A DNA stretch of 64,000 bases, taken from Alphaproteobacteria bacterium. Lineage in GTDB: Bacteria > Pseudomonadota > Alphaproteobacteria > MPNO01. The stretch spans positions 99,425 to 163,424 of the forward strand of contig CBDBCV010000010.1 of NCBI GenBank assembly GCA_965203455.1. Reading direction: 5' to 3'. Position 1 is the stretch's first letter; each line of letters begins with the position of its first letter. Shown here one piece after another: positions 39,332 to 48,324 of the stretch. The translations under genes and the position numbers were made by a program. Under the pieces are notes generated by a model that did not search any database, was not told the origin of the DNA, and was given only the letters and a program-made list of their open reading frames with translations.

Positions 39332-39417
39332 CCCTCTCCCCGCTGGGGAGAGGGGACTCGCTCGCCGAACCCTCCTTACCTTCTCCCCTCCCGCTTGCGG
39401 GAGGGGTCGGGGGAGGG
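39320..39417. repeat. Inverted doublet of REP-like hairpin units
   Basis: Hairpins ccctctcccc[gct]ggggagaggg (39332-39354) and cccctcccgc[tt]gcgggagggg (39385-39406), each with a related CCCTC(A/C)CCC leader, in opposite orientation. Confidence 0.72.
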
Positions 39418-39437
39418 CGGAGCAAGCGCCGCCCCGC

Positions 39438-39468
39438 TTGACACCCCGGCTGTTCCCGCCCGTACAAT
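39438..39468 (+). promoter_or_regulatory. Candidate promoter of the TRAP operon
   Basis: TTGACA-N19-TACAAT (spacer longer than optimal). Confidence 0.4.
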
Positions 39469-39527
39469 CGGACCACAAATCGCGCTCGCCGGCCGGCGGC
39501 GGGCCTCTTCGCAGGGAAGGAACGGAA

Positions 39528-40565
39528 ATGTCGAAACGCGCGAGAGCGTCCATGCGGACGACACTGAAAGGGCTGACCGCGGCGGGCGTGGCCGCGGCCG
39601 TCCTGGCCGGCGCGGCCGGCGCCACGACGGCGCAGGCGCGCGACCTCAAGATGGCGTTCTTCACCAGCCCCAAGCACCATGTCTGGGCCAAGCTGATGAC
39701 GCCCTGGGGCAACGACATCGCGGCGGCGAATGTCGGCCTCAAGGTGGTCGGCTTCCCCGGCGGGCAGATCGGCGGCAAGCCGCCCGGCGCCTTCAAGCGG
39801 GTGGTCAACGGCATCGCCGATATCGAGTTCGGGCTGCAGGGCTACACCTCCACGGTGTTCCCCAAGACGATGGTGGTCGAGATTCCGCTGCAATGGGGCT
39901 CGCCCACCGAGGCGACCACGGCGATGTGGAAGATCTTCGACAAGCATCTCGCGTCCGAATACGCGCGCGTCGAGGTGCTGGGGCTGTGGACCACCGACGT
40001 GCCCGTCCTGATGACCAACAAGGTCGTGCGCACCCCCGACGACCTCAAGGGCATGAAGCTCCGCACGCCGTCGCGCGACCAGGCGGCGATCATCAAGGGG
40101 CTCGGCGCGATCCCGGTGGGAATGCCGATGCCGCAGACCTACAGCGCGATCGAGAAGGGCGTGGTCGACGGCGCGCTGGTCGGCATCTCCACCGTGAACA
40201 GTTTCAAGCTGGCCGAGGTGGTCAAGCACTTCGTCGTCGACCTGCCGATGGGCTATTCGCCGCAGATGATGGTGATGAACAAGAAGACCTATGCCGGCCT
40301 TTCCGCCGCGCAGAAGAAAGCCGTCGACGCCCAGCGCGGACTGCCGCTCAGCCTCAAGGGCGCCAAGCTCTACGAGGCGGCGCGCGCGGCGGGCATCAAG
40401 ACGGTGCGGGACCGGAAAGACACCAACATCACCGAGTTGAGCGCGGCCGACAAGGCGGCCTGGACCGCGCGGTTCAAGACCATCGTCGATGACTGGGTCA
40501 AGCGCTACGGGAAATCGCACCCGACCTATCCGCAGATGCTCGCCGACTATCTGGCCAAGGGTTGA
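39528..40565 (+). CDS. dctP: TRAP transporter substrate-binding protein DctP
   Basis: Signal peptide, FPGGQIG, DLKGMKLRTP, GAIPVGMP, GVVDG. Confidence 0.9.
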   Translation: MSKRARASMRTTLKGLTAAGVAAAVLAGAAGATTAQARDLKMAFFTSPKHHVWAKLMTPWGNDIAAANVGLKVVGFPGGQIGGKPPGAFKRVVNGIADIEFGLQGYTSTVFPKTMVVEIPLQWGSPTEATTAMWKIFDKHLASEYARVEVLGLWTTDVPVLMTNKVVRTPDDLKGMKLRTPSRDQAAIIKGLGAIPVGMPMPQTYSAIEKGVVDGALVGISTVNSFKLAEVVKHFVVDLPMGYSPQMMVMNKKTYAGLSAAQKKAVDAQRGLPLSLKGAKLYEAARAAGIKTVRDRKDTNITELSAADKAAWTARFKTIVDDWVKRYGKSHPTYPQMLADYLAKG

Positions 40566-41068
40566 TGGACTCTCGCGAGGGTCCGGTCTCCCGGGCCGTC
40601 GGCATCCTGGTCACGGCCTCGGCGTATGTCGCCGGGGCCGTTCTCCTCCTTCTCATGTTGCTGACCACGGCGGATGTGGTCGGCCGCTACTTCTTCAACG
40701 CGCCGATTACCGGGGTCTTCGACCTCACCCAGTTCGCGGTCCTGATCATGACCTTCCTCGGCTTCGCCTATTGCGCCTGGCGCGGGGCGCATGTGGTGAT
40801 CGAGCTCCTCTACAACCGGCTCGGCAGGGGCGCGCAGCGGGTCCTCGACCCCGCGATAAACCTGGTCGGCTGCGCCATGTTCGCCCTGATCGCCTGGCGC
40901 GCGGTGGTCCAGTCGGTGGACGTGCGCGAATTCGCCGAGGCGTCGCAACTGCTCACCATCCCGTTCTTCCCGTTCTACTGGGTGGTGGCGTTCGGGGCCG
41001 GATCGATGGCGCTCGTGCTGGCGATCCGTGTCTTCGTGCCGGGCCCGGAAAGCGACGAAGCGGCGTGA
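40565..41068 (+). CDS. dctQ: TRAP transporter small permease DctQ
   Basis: ADVVGRYFFNAPI, GAHVVIELL; four TM segments. Confidence 0.9.
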   Translation: MDSREGPVSRAVGILVTASAYVAGAVLLLLMLLTTADVVGRYFFNAPITGVFDLTQFAVLIMTFLGFAYCAWRGAHVVIELLYNRLGRGAQRVLDPAINLVGCAMFALIAWRAVVQSVDVREFAEASQLLTIPFFPFYWVVAFGAGSMALVLAIRVFVPGPESDEAA

Positions 41069-42369
41069 GCCCCACCCTCGTCGGCATTCTCGGTCTCGCG
41101 GGGCTGTTCCTGCTGATCTTCCTGCGCGTGCCGATCGGCATCGCCTTGTCCATCGCCGGGGCGCTCGGCTACTGGGCGCTGAGCGGGCTCGATCCGACGC
41201 TCGCGCTGCTCGGCAGCGTGCCGTTCGAGATCGCCTACAATTACGACCTCAGCATCATCGCGCTGTTCGTCCTGATGGGGAACTTCGCGATGGTGTCGGG
41301 GATGAGCCGGGACCTCTACGACATGGCGCGCAGCCTCGTCGGGCACTGGCCGGGCGGGCTGGCCTCGGCCACCGTGGTCGGCTGCGCGGGCTTCGCGGCG
41401 GTCTCCGGATCGAGCCTCGCATCGGCGGTCACGATGGGGCGGGTCGCGCTGCCCGAAATGAAGCGCCACGACTACCACCCGCGGCTCGCCACCGGCTGCG
41501 TCGCCGCCGGCGGGACGCTCGGGATCCTGATCCCGCCCTCGACCGGCTTCATCATCTACGCCCTGCTGACCGAGGAATCGATCGGCCAGCTCTTCCTCGC
41601 CGGCGTGCTGCCCGGAATCCTGCTCACCGGGCTGTTCATGGCGACCATCGCCATCCTGACCCGCCTCAACCCGGCGATCGGTCCGCGCGCGCCGAGGCTC
41701 GCCTGGGGGGAGCGGCTCCGGTCCGTCGGCCGGTCGCTGTCGCTGGTGGGGATCGTGTTCGCGGTGCTCGGGGGGATCTATTTCGGCGTCTTTACCCCCG
41801 TGGAGGCGGCGGCGGTCGGCGCGTTCCTGACCCTCGTGCTCACCATCGTCCGCCGCAGGCTCACCCTGGAAACCCTCAAATTCTGCATTCTGGAAACCGT
41901 CAAGACCTTCGCCTTCGTCTACCTGATCGTGATCGGCGCGTTCCTGTTCAACCCGTTTCTCGCGGTCACCCAGATCCCCGCGAACCTCGCCGCCGCGATG
42001 CCCGGCCTCGACCTTTCTCCGATCGTCATCCTGATCGTCATCGTGTTGGGCTACATCGTCCTCGGCACCTTCCTCGAAGGGCTCGCGATGATGGTGCTGA
42101 CGCTGCCCATCGTCTTCCCGCTGATCAAGGACATGGGCTACGACCCGATCTGGTTCGGCGCGCTCCTCGTCGTGATCCTGGAGATGAGCCTGATCAGCCC
42201 GCCGCTCGGGCTCAACGTCTTCGTGGTCAAGGGAATCGCGGAAGGCGTGCCCATGGGCGAGATCTTCCGGGGCATCATCCCGTTCTGGGGCGCAATGCTG
42301 ATCTGTGCGGCTCTGCTGATCGCGTTCCCCGACATCGCCCTGATCCTGCCGGAAACGATGATCCGCTGA
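41065..42369 (+). CDS. dctM: TRAP transporter large permease DctM
   Basis: AVSGSSLASA, AAGGTLGILIPPS, FTPVEAAA, SPPLGLNVFV. Confidence 0.92.
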   Translation: MSPTLVGILGLAGLFLLIFLRVPIGIALSIAGALGYWALSGLDPTLALLGSVPFEIAYNYDLSIIALFVLMGNFAMVSGMSRDLYDMARSLVGHWPGGLASATVVGCAGFAAVSGSSLASAVTMGRVALPEMKRHDYHPRLATGCVAAGGTLGILIPPSTGFIIYALLTEESIGQLFLAGVLPGILLTGLFMATIAILTRLNPAIGPRAPRLAWGERLRSVGRSLSLVGIVFAVLGGIYFGVFTPVEAAAVGAFLTLVLTIVRRRLTLETLKFCILETVKTFAFVYLIVIGAFLFNPFLAVTQIPANLAAAMPGLDLSPIVILIVIVLGYIVLGTFLEGLAMMVLTLPIVFPLIKDMGYDPIWFGALLVVILEMSLISPPLGLNVFVVKGIAEGVPMGEIFRGIIPFWGAMLICAALLIAFPDIALILPETMIR

Positions 42370-42436
42370 TCGGCTTCAGGAACTGTGCAATGCGTTTTCG
42401 ATCCCGGTAGTCTTTTCGCCCAATCGTGAGGCGCCC

Positions 42437-43513
42437 ATGCTGTTCGACGCCGATTCACATTTCCTGCCCAAGGAAGCCTATGACGCCATGGAAGGGCCGC
42501 ACCGGCACCTGCGGCCGCGCATCGTCGCGGACGGGGCCGGGGCGACGATGCGCTTCCTCGGGCGCAATCATCCGCGCGTCGCCCATTCGATCCCGGTCGA
42601 GCAGACCTGCAGCGTCGAGCGGCGCCTACAGGATGTCGACCGGCTGGGCATCGACTGCCAGCTCCTGTTTCCCAACCATTCCGGTGTCTACAACGAAATC
42701 GCCGATCCCGGCGAGGCGCGCGACCTCGTGCGGAACCACAACGATGGCATGGCCGACGCCGAGCATCGTTCCGGCGGAAGGCTGATATCGACGTTCTGCC
42801 TTGCGATGCAGCACCCGGACGAGGCGATCGCCGAGTTGCAGCGCTGCGTCGATACCCACAAGCTGCGTTGCGCGGTGATCTGCCCCAATGTCGACGGCGG
42901 CCGGATCGACGAATTGCCGCTATGGGACCTGTTCGCGGAAGCGGAACGGCTGGGTGTGGTGTTGGCCTTTCACGGCGATGCGGACACCAAACAGATTGGA
43001 CACGAGCGCTTCGACCGCTGGCGGCTGCACAACTGCCTTGGCTTTCCGTTCGATTACATGCATGCGATGGTCTGCCTGATCTATTCGGGGTTGCTCGATC
43101 GTTTTCCCGGACTTAAGCTGCTTTTCGCCGAGGCGGGGGTGAGCTTCCTGCCGTTCCTTGAGGATCGGCTGCGCGATACGATTGAGACCTTCGAATCGCC
43201 GCTCGCCTACCACAACTTCGACATACGCGGCCGGCCCATGAACAAGCGCCCGCCGCATGAGTATTTCGAGATGTTCCACCATGCCGTGGGGCTCGACGAA
43301 TCGTTGCTCGAGCACGTGATCGACAAGTACGGCGTCGACAAGTTCCTTGTCGGCACCGACTACCCGCATCCCGATGCCCACATGAACGTCGCGGAATCGG
43401 TCGAGACGCTGAGTTCGATCTCCGCCGAGGCTTATGAAGCAATAGCCTGGAACAACGCCGAACGGTTGTTCGGACTGGAAGATCTCCACAGACGCTCGCT
43501 GGCCGCGGAATAG
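42437..43513 (+). CDS. Amidohydrolase-superfamily protein (Amidohydro_2-like)
   Basis: DADSH, GIDCQLLFP, FHG, FAEAGVSF, GTDYPHPD. Confidence 0.82.
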   Translation: MLFDADSHFLPKEAYDAMEGPHRHLRPRIVADGAGATMRFLGRNHPRVAHSIPVEQTCSVERRLQDVDRLGIDCQLLFPNHSGVYNEIADPGEARDLVRNHNDGMADAEHRSGGRLISTFCLAMQHPDEAIAELQRCVDTHKLRCAVICPNVDGGRIDELPLWDLFAEAERLGVVLAFHGDADTKQIGHERFDRWRLHNCLGFPFDYMHAMVCLIYSGLLDRFPGLKLLFAEAGVSFLPFLEDRLRDTIETFESPLAYHNFDIRGRPMNKRPPHEYFEMFHHAVGLDESLLEHVIDKYGVDKFLVGTDYPHPDAHMNVAESVETLSSISAEAYEAIAWNNAERLFGLEDLHRRSLAAE

Positions 43514-43695
43514 CCGGCAGAGCCTGACCCGGGCAGGACATATCGCCGCCACGGGCGGCATGGCAGCCCGGGCTATCGCCCGTTCGCGCGACAATCGAGT
43601 TCGACGGTGTTCCAGTCGAACACCAAGGAATCAATCGTGACCGAACCAAAGTCCTTCGCGGCGCTCCGCCATCCCGGCGGGCGCGCCTATCTGAG

Positions 43696-44679
43696 TTACG
43701 CGATGTGAGGTGGCGTCGGTTTGTCGGACAGGCTGACGGCGTTTTCAAGGTGTATTCCGGTTGAAGTTTGTGCCGCCAGAATCCTCTTGGATCGATCTTT
43801 CTGCTGCTGCTGTTGCGCCTGTGGGTATGTGGTCAAGGCGCGAAGCGGCTTGTCCATCATATCCACAGGCGTGTCGCCCCGGTAGGCCTCGGCCGGCGTC
43901 CGCCCGCCGAGTGCCGAGTGCGGTCTCTCGGTGTTGTAGAAGCCGATCCACTGGCCGATGACGCGCCGGGCTGCGAAGCCGTCGGCGATCTCGTGCAGGT
44001 AGACCGCCTCGTATTTGAGCGAGCGCCACAGCCGCTCGATGAAGATGTTGTCCATGCACCGGCCGCGGCCGTCCATCGAGATGCGGATACCGGCCTCCCG
44101 CAGGCGCGCGGTGAAGGCGAAGCCGGTGAACTGGCTGCCCTGGTCGGTGTTGAAGATCTGCGGGGTGCCATGGCGCGCCAGGGCTTCGTCGAGAGCCTCG
44201 ACACAGAACCCCGCGTCCAGCGTGTTCGACAGCCGCCAGGCCAGGACGCAGCGGCTCGCCCAGTCCATGATCGCCACCAGGTAGAGGAAGCCGCGCCGCA
44301 CCGGGATGTAGGTGATGTCGGCGCACCACACATGGTTCGGCCGCTCGATCGCCAGACCCCGCAGCAGATATGGATAAACCCGGTGCCCGAGGTGCGGCGC
44401 ACTGGTCCGCGGCGCCCGATAGACCGCCTGAAGACCAAGCAGGCGCATCAGGCGAGCGGCCCGCCGCCGCCCGATCCGCACCCCCTCGCGGCGCAGATGC
44501 CGAACCATCTGGCGGGCGCCGTAGAACGGATACTTGAGGAACAGCGCGTCGATCCGGCGCATCAGAGCCAGCGTCTCCGCGCTCTCCCCCTTCGGCCGGT
44601 CATAGAGCGACGAGCGCCCGATCGACAGCAGACGGCATTGCCGGGTCAGGCTCAACGACGGGTGGCCCCGCACAACCAT
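43696..44679 (-). CDS. IS3 transposase OrfB (DDE), probably fused to OrfA by -1 frameshift
   Basis: WCADITY, FNTDQGSQF, FIERLWRSLKYE; T-TTT-TTG slippery heptamer at 44721-44727. Confidence 0.9.
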   Translation of the reverse strand: MVVRGHPSLSLTRQCRLLSIGRSSLYDRPKGESAETLALMRRIDALFLKYPFYGARQMVRHLRREGVRIGRRRAARLMRLLGLQAVYRAPRTSAPHLGHRVYPYLLRGLAIERPNHVWCADITYIPVRRGFLYLVAIMDWASRCVLAWRLSNTLDAGFCVEALDEALARHGTPQIFNTDQGSQFTGFAFTARLREAGIRISMDGRGRCMDNIFIERLWRSLKYEAVYLHEIADGFAARRVIGQWIGFYNTERPHSALGGRTPAEAYRGDTPVDMMDKPLRALTTYPQAQQQQQKDRSKRILAAQTSTGIHLENAVSLSDKPTPPHIA

Positions 44680-45047
44680 CGCCCGTCTCCCGGACCGGCT
44701 CAGCGACCGGACCCGCGTGACAAAAAATCACGCTCTACGATCAACTCCCCGATCTTGGCGTGAAGAGCCCGGACCTCGCTCTCGTGATCCCGCGCCCGGC
44801 GCTCACCTCCACCGGAAAAGACCTCCCCCAGACCCTCCATCGCCTGGCGCTTCCACACACCCACCTGGTTCGGATGCACCTGGTGCTTCGAGGCAATCTC
44901 CTGAAGCGTCCGATCACCCCGTAGCGCCTCCAAGGCTATCTTCGCCTTCAGCTCCCCCGAAAACCTGCGTCGCTTGCTCATCCGCATTCCTCCGTCACAC
45001 GGCGGAATACACCTTGACGACCTGTCCGATTTTGCGACGCCACCTCA
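43706..45047 (-). mobile_element. IS3-family insertion sequence, 1342 bp
   Basis: TG...CA ends; IRs TGAGGTGGCGTCG-N5-TCGGACAGG at both ends; 3-bp target duplication ATG (43703-43705 and 45048-45050); orfA/orfB. Confidence 0.93.
44700..44987 (-). CDS. IS3 transposase OrfA (HTH)
   Basis: KRRRFSGELKAKIALEA, HPNQVGVWK, LHAKIGELIVERDFL. Confidence 0.92.
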   Translation of the reverse strand: MRMSKRRRFSGELKAKIALEALRGDRTLQEIASKHQVHPNQVGVWKRQAMEGLGEVFSGGGERRARDHESEVRALHAKIGELIVERDFLSRGSGR

Positions 45048-46243
45048 ATGCTCGCCATGATGGCGGACAATATCGAGCACGTGATCAGCTACTGGATGAT
45101 CTACCAGAAGTTCGAATCGCCCGCGCTCGCCGGCTTCGCGGTGTTCTCCCACTGGGTGCCGTTTCTCCTGTTCTCGGTCTATGCCGGGGCGCTCGCCGAC
45201 CGGTTCGACCCGCGCCGGATCATCCAGTTCGGCATGGTCCTGTTCATGATCGTGTCGTCCGGCTGGGGCATCCTGTTCCTGACCGATGCCCTCGAGGTCT
45301 GGCACGCCGCCGTGCTCCTGGTCCTGCACGGCTTCGCGGGGGTGATCTGGGCGCCGGCGGCGCAGCTCCTGGTCCACGACATCGTCGGGGCCGCCCAGCT
45401 CCAGAGCGCGGTCCGGACGATCGCCTCGGGGCGGCAGCTCGGGATCCTGCTCGGGCCGGCGGTGGGCGGCGCGTTGATGATCGTCCTCGGACCCGCCTGG
45501 GGCATCCTGCTCAACGTCTTCATCTACCTGCCGCTGGCGCTGTGGCTGTGGAAGGCGCCCTACGGGCCCGCGTTCCGCTCCGGCCCGCGCCCGCCGGGAC
45601 GCGCGTTCGCGGGTTTCGCCGAGATCCTCGCGACGCTGCGGGACATCGCGTCCGACCGCACGATCGTCTCCATGCTCGTCCTGGCGGGTTGCGCCGCGTT
45701 CCTGGTGGGAAACGCGCACCAGGCGCAGATGCCGGAGTTCGCCCACCATCTGGGGCACGACGACGGCCTGCATTACAGCGCCCTGCTCGCCGCGACCGCG
45801 GCCGGGGCGCTGATGGCCGGGTTCGTCCTGGAGAGCCGGGGACTGCTGAGCGCCCGTCCGCGCACCGCCTTCGTCCTCGTGGTCCTCTGGTGCGGCGCGA
45901 TCGCGGGCTTCGCATCCTCGGAGAGCTATCCGCTGGCGCTCGTGCTGCTGTTCGCCGCCGGTTTTCTCGATCTCTCCTACAACTCGATGGCGATGACGCT
46001 GGTGCAGCTCAACGCGCCCGAGGCGATCCGCGGCCGCGTGGTCGGGCTCTACAACATGGCCTCGCTCGGCCTGCGGTCCTTCAGCGGCATCACCGTCGGC
46101 TTCGGCGGCAGCCTGATCGGCATCCACTGGTCGCTGGGCCTGAGCGCCGGGGCGCTGATGATCGTCGGCATCGTCCTGTTGTCGCTGACGCTGGGCGGCG
46201 GTCCGCTGCGCGAACCGGAGCCCGTCCGCGCCGCCCCCGACGG

Positions 46244-47476
46244 TCAGCCGTAGTCGCGCCGGTCGTCGATGATCTTGCCGTCGTTGGGCAGGCTGCCGGC
46301 GTCCACGAGCTCGACCGCGACCCTGAGCTTGCATTCGGACCGAAACGTCCCGGCCACCGTGTCCGCGAGGTCTTCCGGGCCGCCGCCGGTCTCGCATTGC
46401 AGCACCGGCGCGTCGATGCCGCCTTCCTCGTTCACGACCAGACGCATCCGGCCGATCTCCGGGTGGCGTTCCAGGACGCGGTCGATCTGCGCCGGGTCGA
46501 CGAACATGCCGCGGATCTTGGTCCGCTGGTCGGCGCGGCCGAGCCATCCCCGGATACGGGGCGCGGTGCGCCCGCACGGGCTCTGCCCCGGCATCGTCGC
46601 CGAGAGATCGCCGGTGGCGAAACGGAGCAGGGGGTAGTCCTCATCGAGGAGCGTCACCACCACCTCGCCGACTTCCCCTTCGGGCACCGGCGTGCCGGTT
46701 CCGGGACGGACGATCTCGACGACGATCTCCTCGTCGAGGATCATGCCTTCGCGGGCTTCCGACTCGTAGGCGATCAGACCGACATCGGCCGTGCCGTATG
46801 ATTGCAGGACGGCGATGCCACGGTCGTCGTATTCCTTGCGGAGCGGCGGGAGCAGGGCGCCGCCGCCGACCCCGCCGCGGCGGATCGAGGAGACGTCGGC
46901 GCCGGTCTCGTCCGCCTTGTCGAGGATGATCTTGAGGAAGTCGGGCGTGCCGGCGTAGCCGACCGGCCGGAAACGCCGGATCGCCTCGATCTGGCTCTCG
47001 GTCTGGCCGGTGCCGCCCGGAATGACCGGACAGCCGATCGCCGCCGCCGCGCCGTCGAACATCATGCCGGCCGGGGTGAAGTGGTAGGAGAAGCAGTTGA
47101 GCACGATGTCGCCCGCGCGGAACCCGGCGGCATGCAGCGCGCGGGCCATCCGCCAGTAATCCGGCCGCCGCCCCTGCGGTTCGGCGATGGGCCCCGGCGA
47201 CAGGAACAGGCGGGTCAGCTTCCCGTCGGCAAGCCGGTTGAGACCGCCGAAGGGCGGCATGTCGGCCTGGCGTTCCATCAGGTCGCCCTTGCGGATGACC
47301 GGGAGTTCCGCGAGCGCGTCCCGGCTCGCGATGTCGCCCGGCTCGACCCCCGACAGCAGCGCGGCCTGACCCGCGGTTTCCTTCGCGCGCGTCACCTGTC
47401 GCGGCAGCGCCTCCATCAGCCGGGCTTCCCGCTCGTCGGGAGAGCGCGTCTCGAGCGCGTCGAAATAGGCGGTCAT
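46244..47476 (-). CDS. Phenylacetate-CoA ligase (PaaK)-like acyl-CoA ligase
   Basis: LFLSPGP, CFSYHFTPAG, YGTADVG, RFATGDLS, GRADQRTKIRGMFV. Confidence 0.85.
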   Translation of the reverse strand: MTAYFDALETRSPDEREARLMEALPRQVTRAKETAGQAALLSGVEPGDIASRDALAELPVIRKGDLMERQADMPPFGGLNRLADGKLTRLFLSPGPIAEPQGRRPDYWRMARALHAAGFRAGDIVLNCFSYHFTPAGMMFDGAAAAIGCPVIPGGTGQTESQIEAIRRFRPVGYAGTPDFLKIILDKADETGADVSSIRRGGVGGGALLPPLRKEYDDRGIAVLQSYGTADVGLIAYESEAREGMILDEEIVVEIVRPGTGTPVPEGEVGEVVVTLLDEDYPLLRFATGDLSATMPGQSPCGRTAPRIRGWLGRADQRTKIRGMFVDPAQIDRVLERHPEIGRMRLVVNEEGGIDAPVLQCETGGGPEDLADTVAGTFRSECKLRVAVELVDAGSLPNDGKIIDDRRDYG

Positions 47477-47480
47477 CGGT

Positions 47481-48293
47481 TCAGGCGAGCCAGCGCTTGC
47501 GGCGGCGATAGGATTTGACGTCCCGGTAGCTCTTGCGGCCGGAGGAGGAGAGGCCGAGATAGAACTCCTTCACGTCCTCGTTCTCGCGCAGCGTCGAAGC
47601 CTCGCCGTCGAGGACCACGCGGCCGTTCTCCAGGATGTAGCCGTAGCGCGCATAGCGCAGCGCCATGTTGGTGTTCTGCTCGGCGAGCAGGATGGTCACG
47701 CCCTCCTCCTCGTTGAGGCGCGACACGATCCCGAAGATTTCTTCCACGAGCTGCGGCGCGAGGCCCATCGAGGGCTCGTCGAGCAGCATCATCTTGGGGC
47801 GTGTCATCAGCGCGCGGGCGATCGCGGTCATCTGCTGCTCGCCGCCCGAGGTGTAGCCCGCCTGCGCCTTGCGGCGTTCCTTGAGGCGCGGGAAATAGCG
47901 GTAGACGAGGTCGAGATCGTCGGCGAAGTTCTTTTTGTCGCCCCGGATATAGGCGCCGGTCAGCAGATTTTCCTCGACCGTCAGGTGCTCGAAGCAGTGG
48001 CGGCCTTCCATCACCTGGACGACGCCGCGGGTGACGAGGTCGTGGGCCGAGAGCTTCTCGATCCGCTCGTCGCGGTACTCGATGGTGCCCTTGGTGACGT
48101 CCCCCCGCTCGGCGCGGAGCAGGTTGGAGATCGCCTTGAGCGTGGTCGTCTTGCCGGCCCCGTTGGCGCCGAGGAGGGCGACGATGCCCCCCTCGGGAAC
48201 GTGGAAGGAAACGCCCTTCAGGACCAGGATCACCCGGTCGTAGATCACCTCAATGTTGTTCACATTGAGAAGGGCGCTTCCGTTCTCCGCCAT
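47481..48293 (-). CDS. ABC ATP-binding protein (LivF-like)
   Basis: GANGAGKTT, TSGGEQQM, LLDEPSMGLAP. Confidence 0.92.
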   Translation of the reverse strand: MAENGSALLNVNNIEVIYDRVILVLKGVSFHVPEGGIVALLGANGAGKTTTLKAISNLLRAERGDVTKGTIEYRDERIEKLSAHDLVTRGVVQVMEGRHCFEHLTVEENLLTGAYIRGDKKNFADDLDLVYRYFPRLKERRKAQAGYTSGGEQQMTAIARALMTRPKMMLLDEPSMGLAPQLVEEIFGIVSRLNEEEGVTILLAEQNTNMALRYARYGYILENGRVVLDGEASTLRENEDVKEFYLGLSSSGRKSYRDVKSYRRRKRWLA

Positions 48294-48324
48294 GCCAACG
48301 GTTCCGCTGCTACGCGCGAAGGAC

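Larger units (their letters stand above)
43637..46253 (+). pseudogene. MFS transporter interrupted by IS3 after codon 23 (5' piece 43637-43705; 3' piece 45051-46253)
   Basis: GTG with AAGGA RBS. Removing the IS and one ATG copy gives an in-frame VTEPKSFAALRHPGGRAYLSYAMLAMMADNIEH...; GALADRFDPRR loop motif in the 3' piece. Confidence 0.85.

Noticed and set aside
43798-43816. CTG/CAG run (poly-Gln) as a contingency locus
   Set aside because: Short in-frame tract in the IS3 OrfB tail; no evidence of phase variation.
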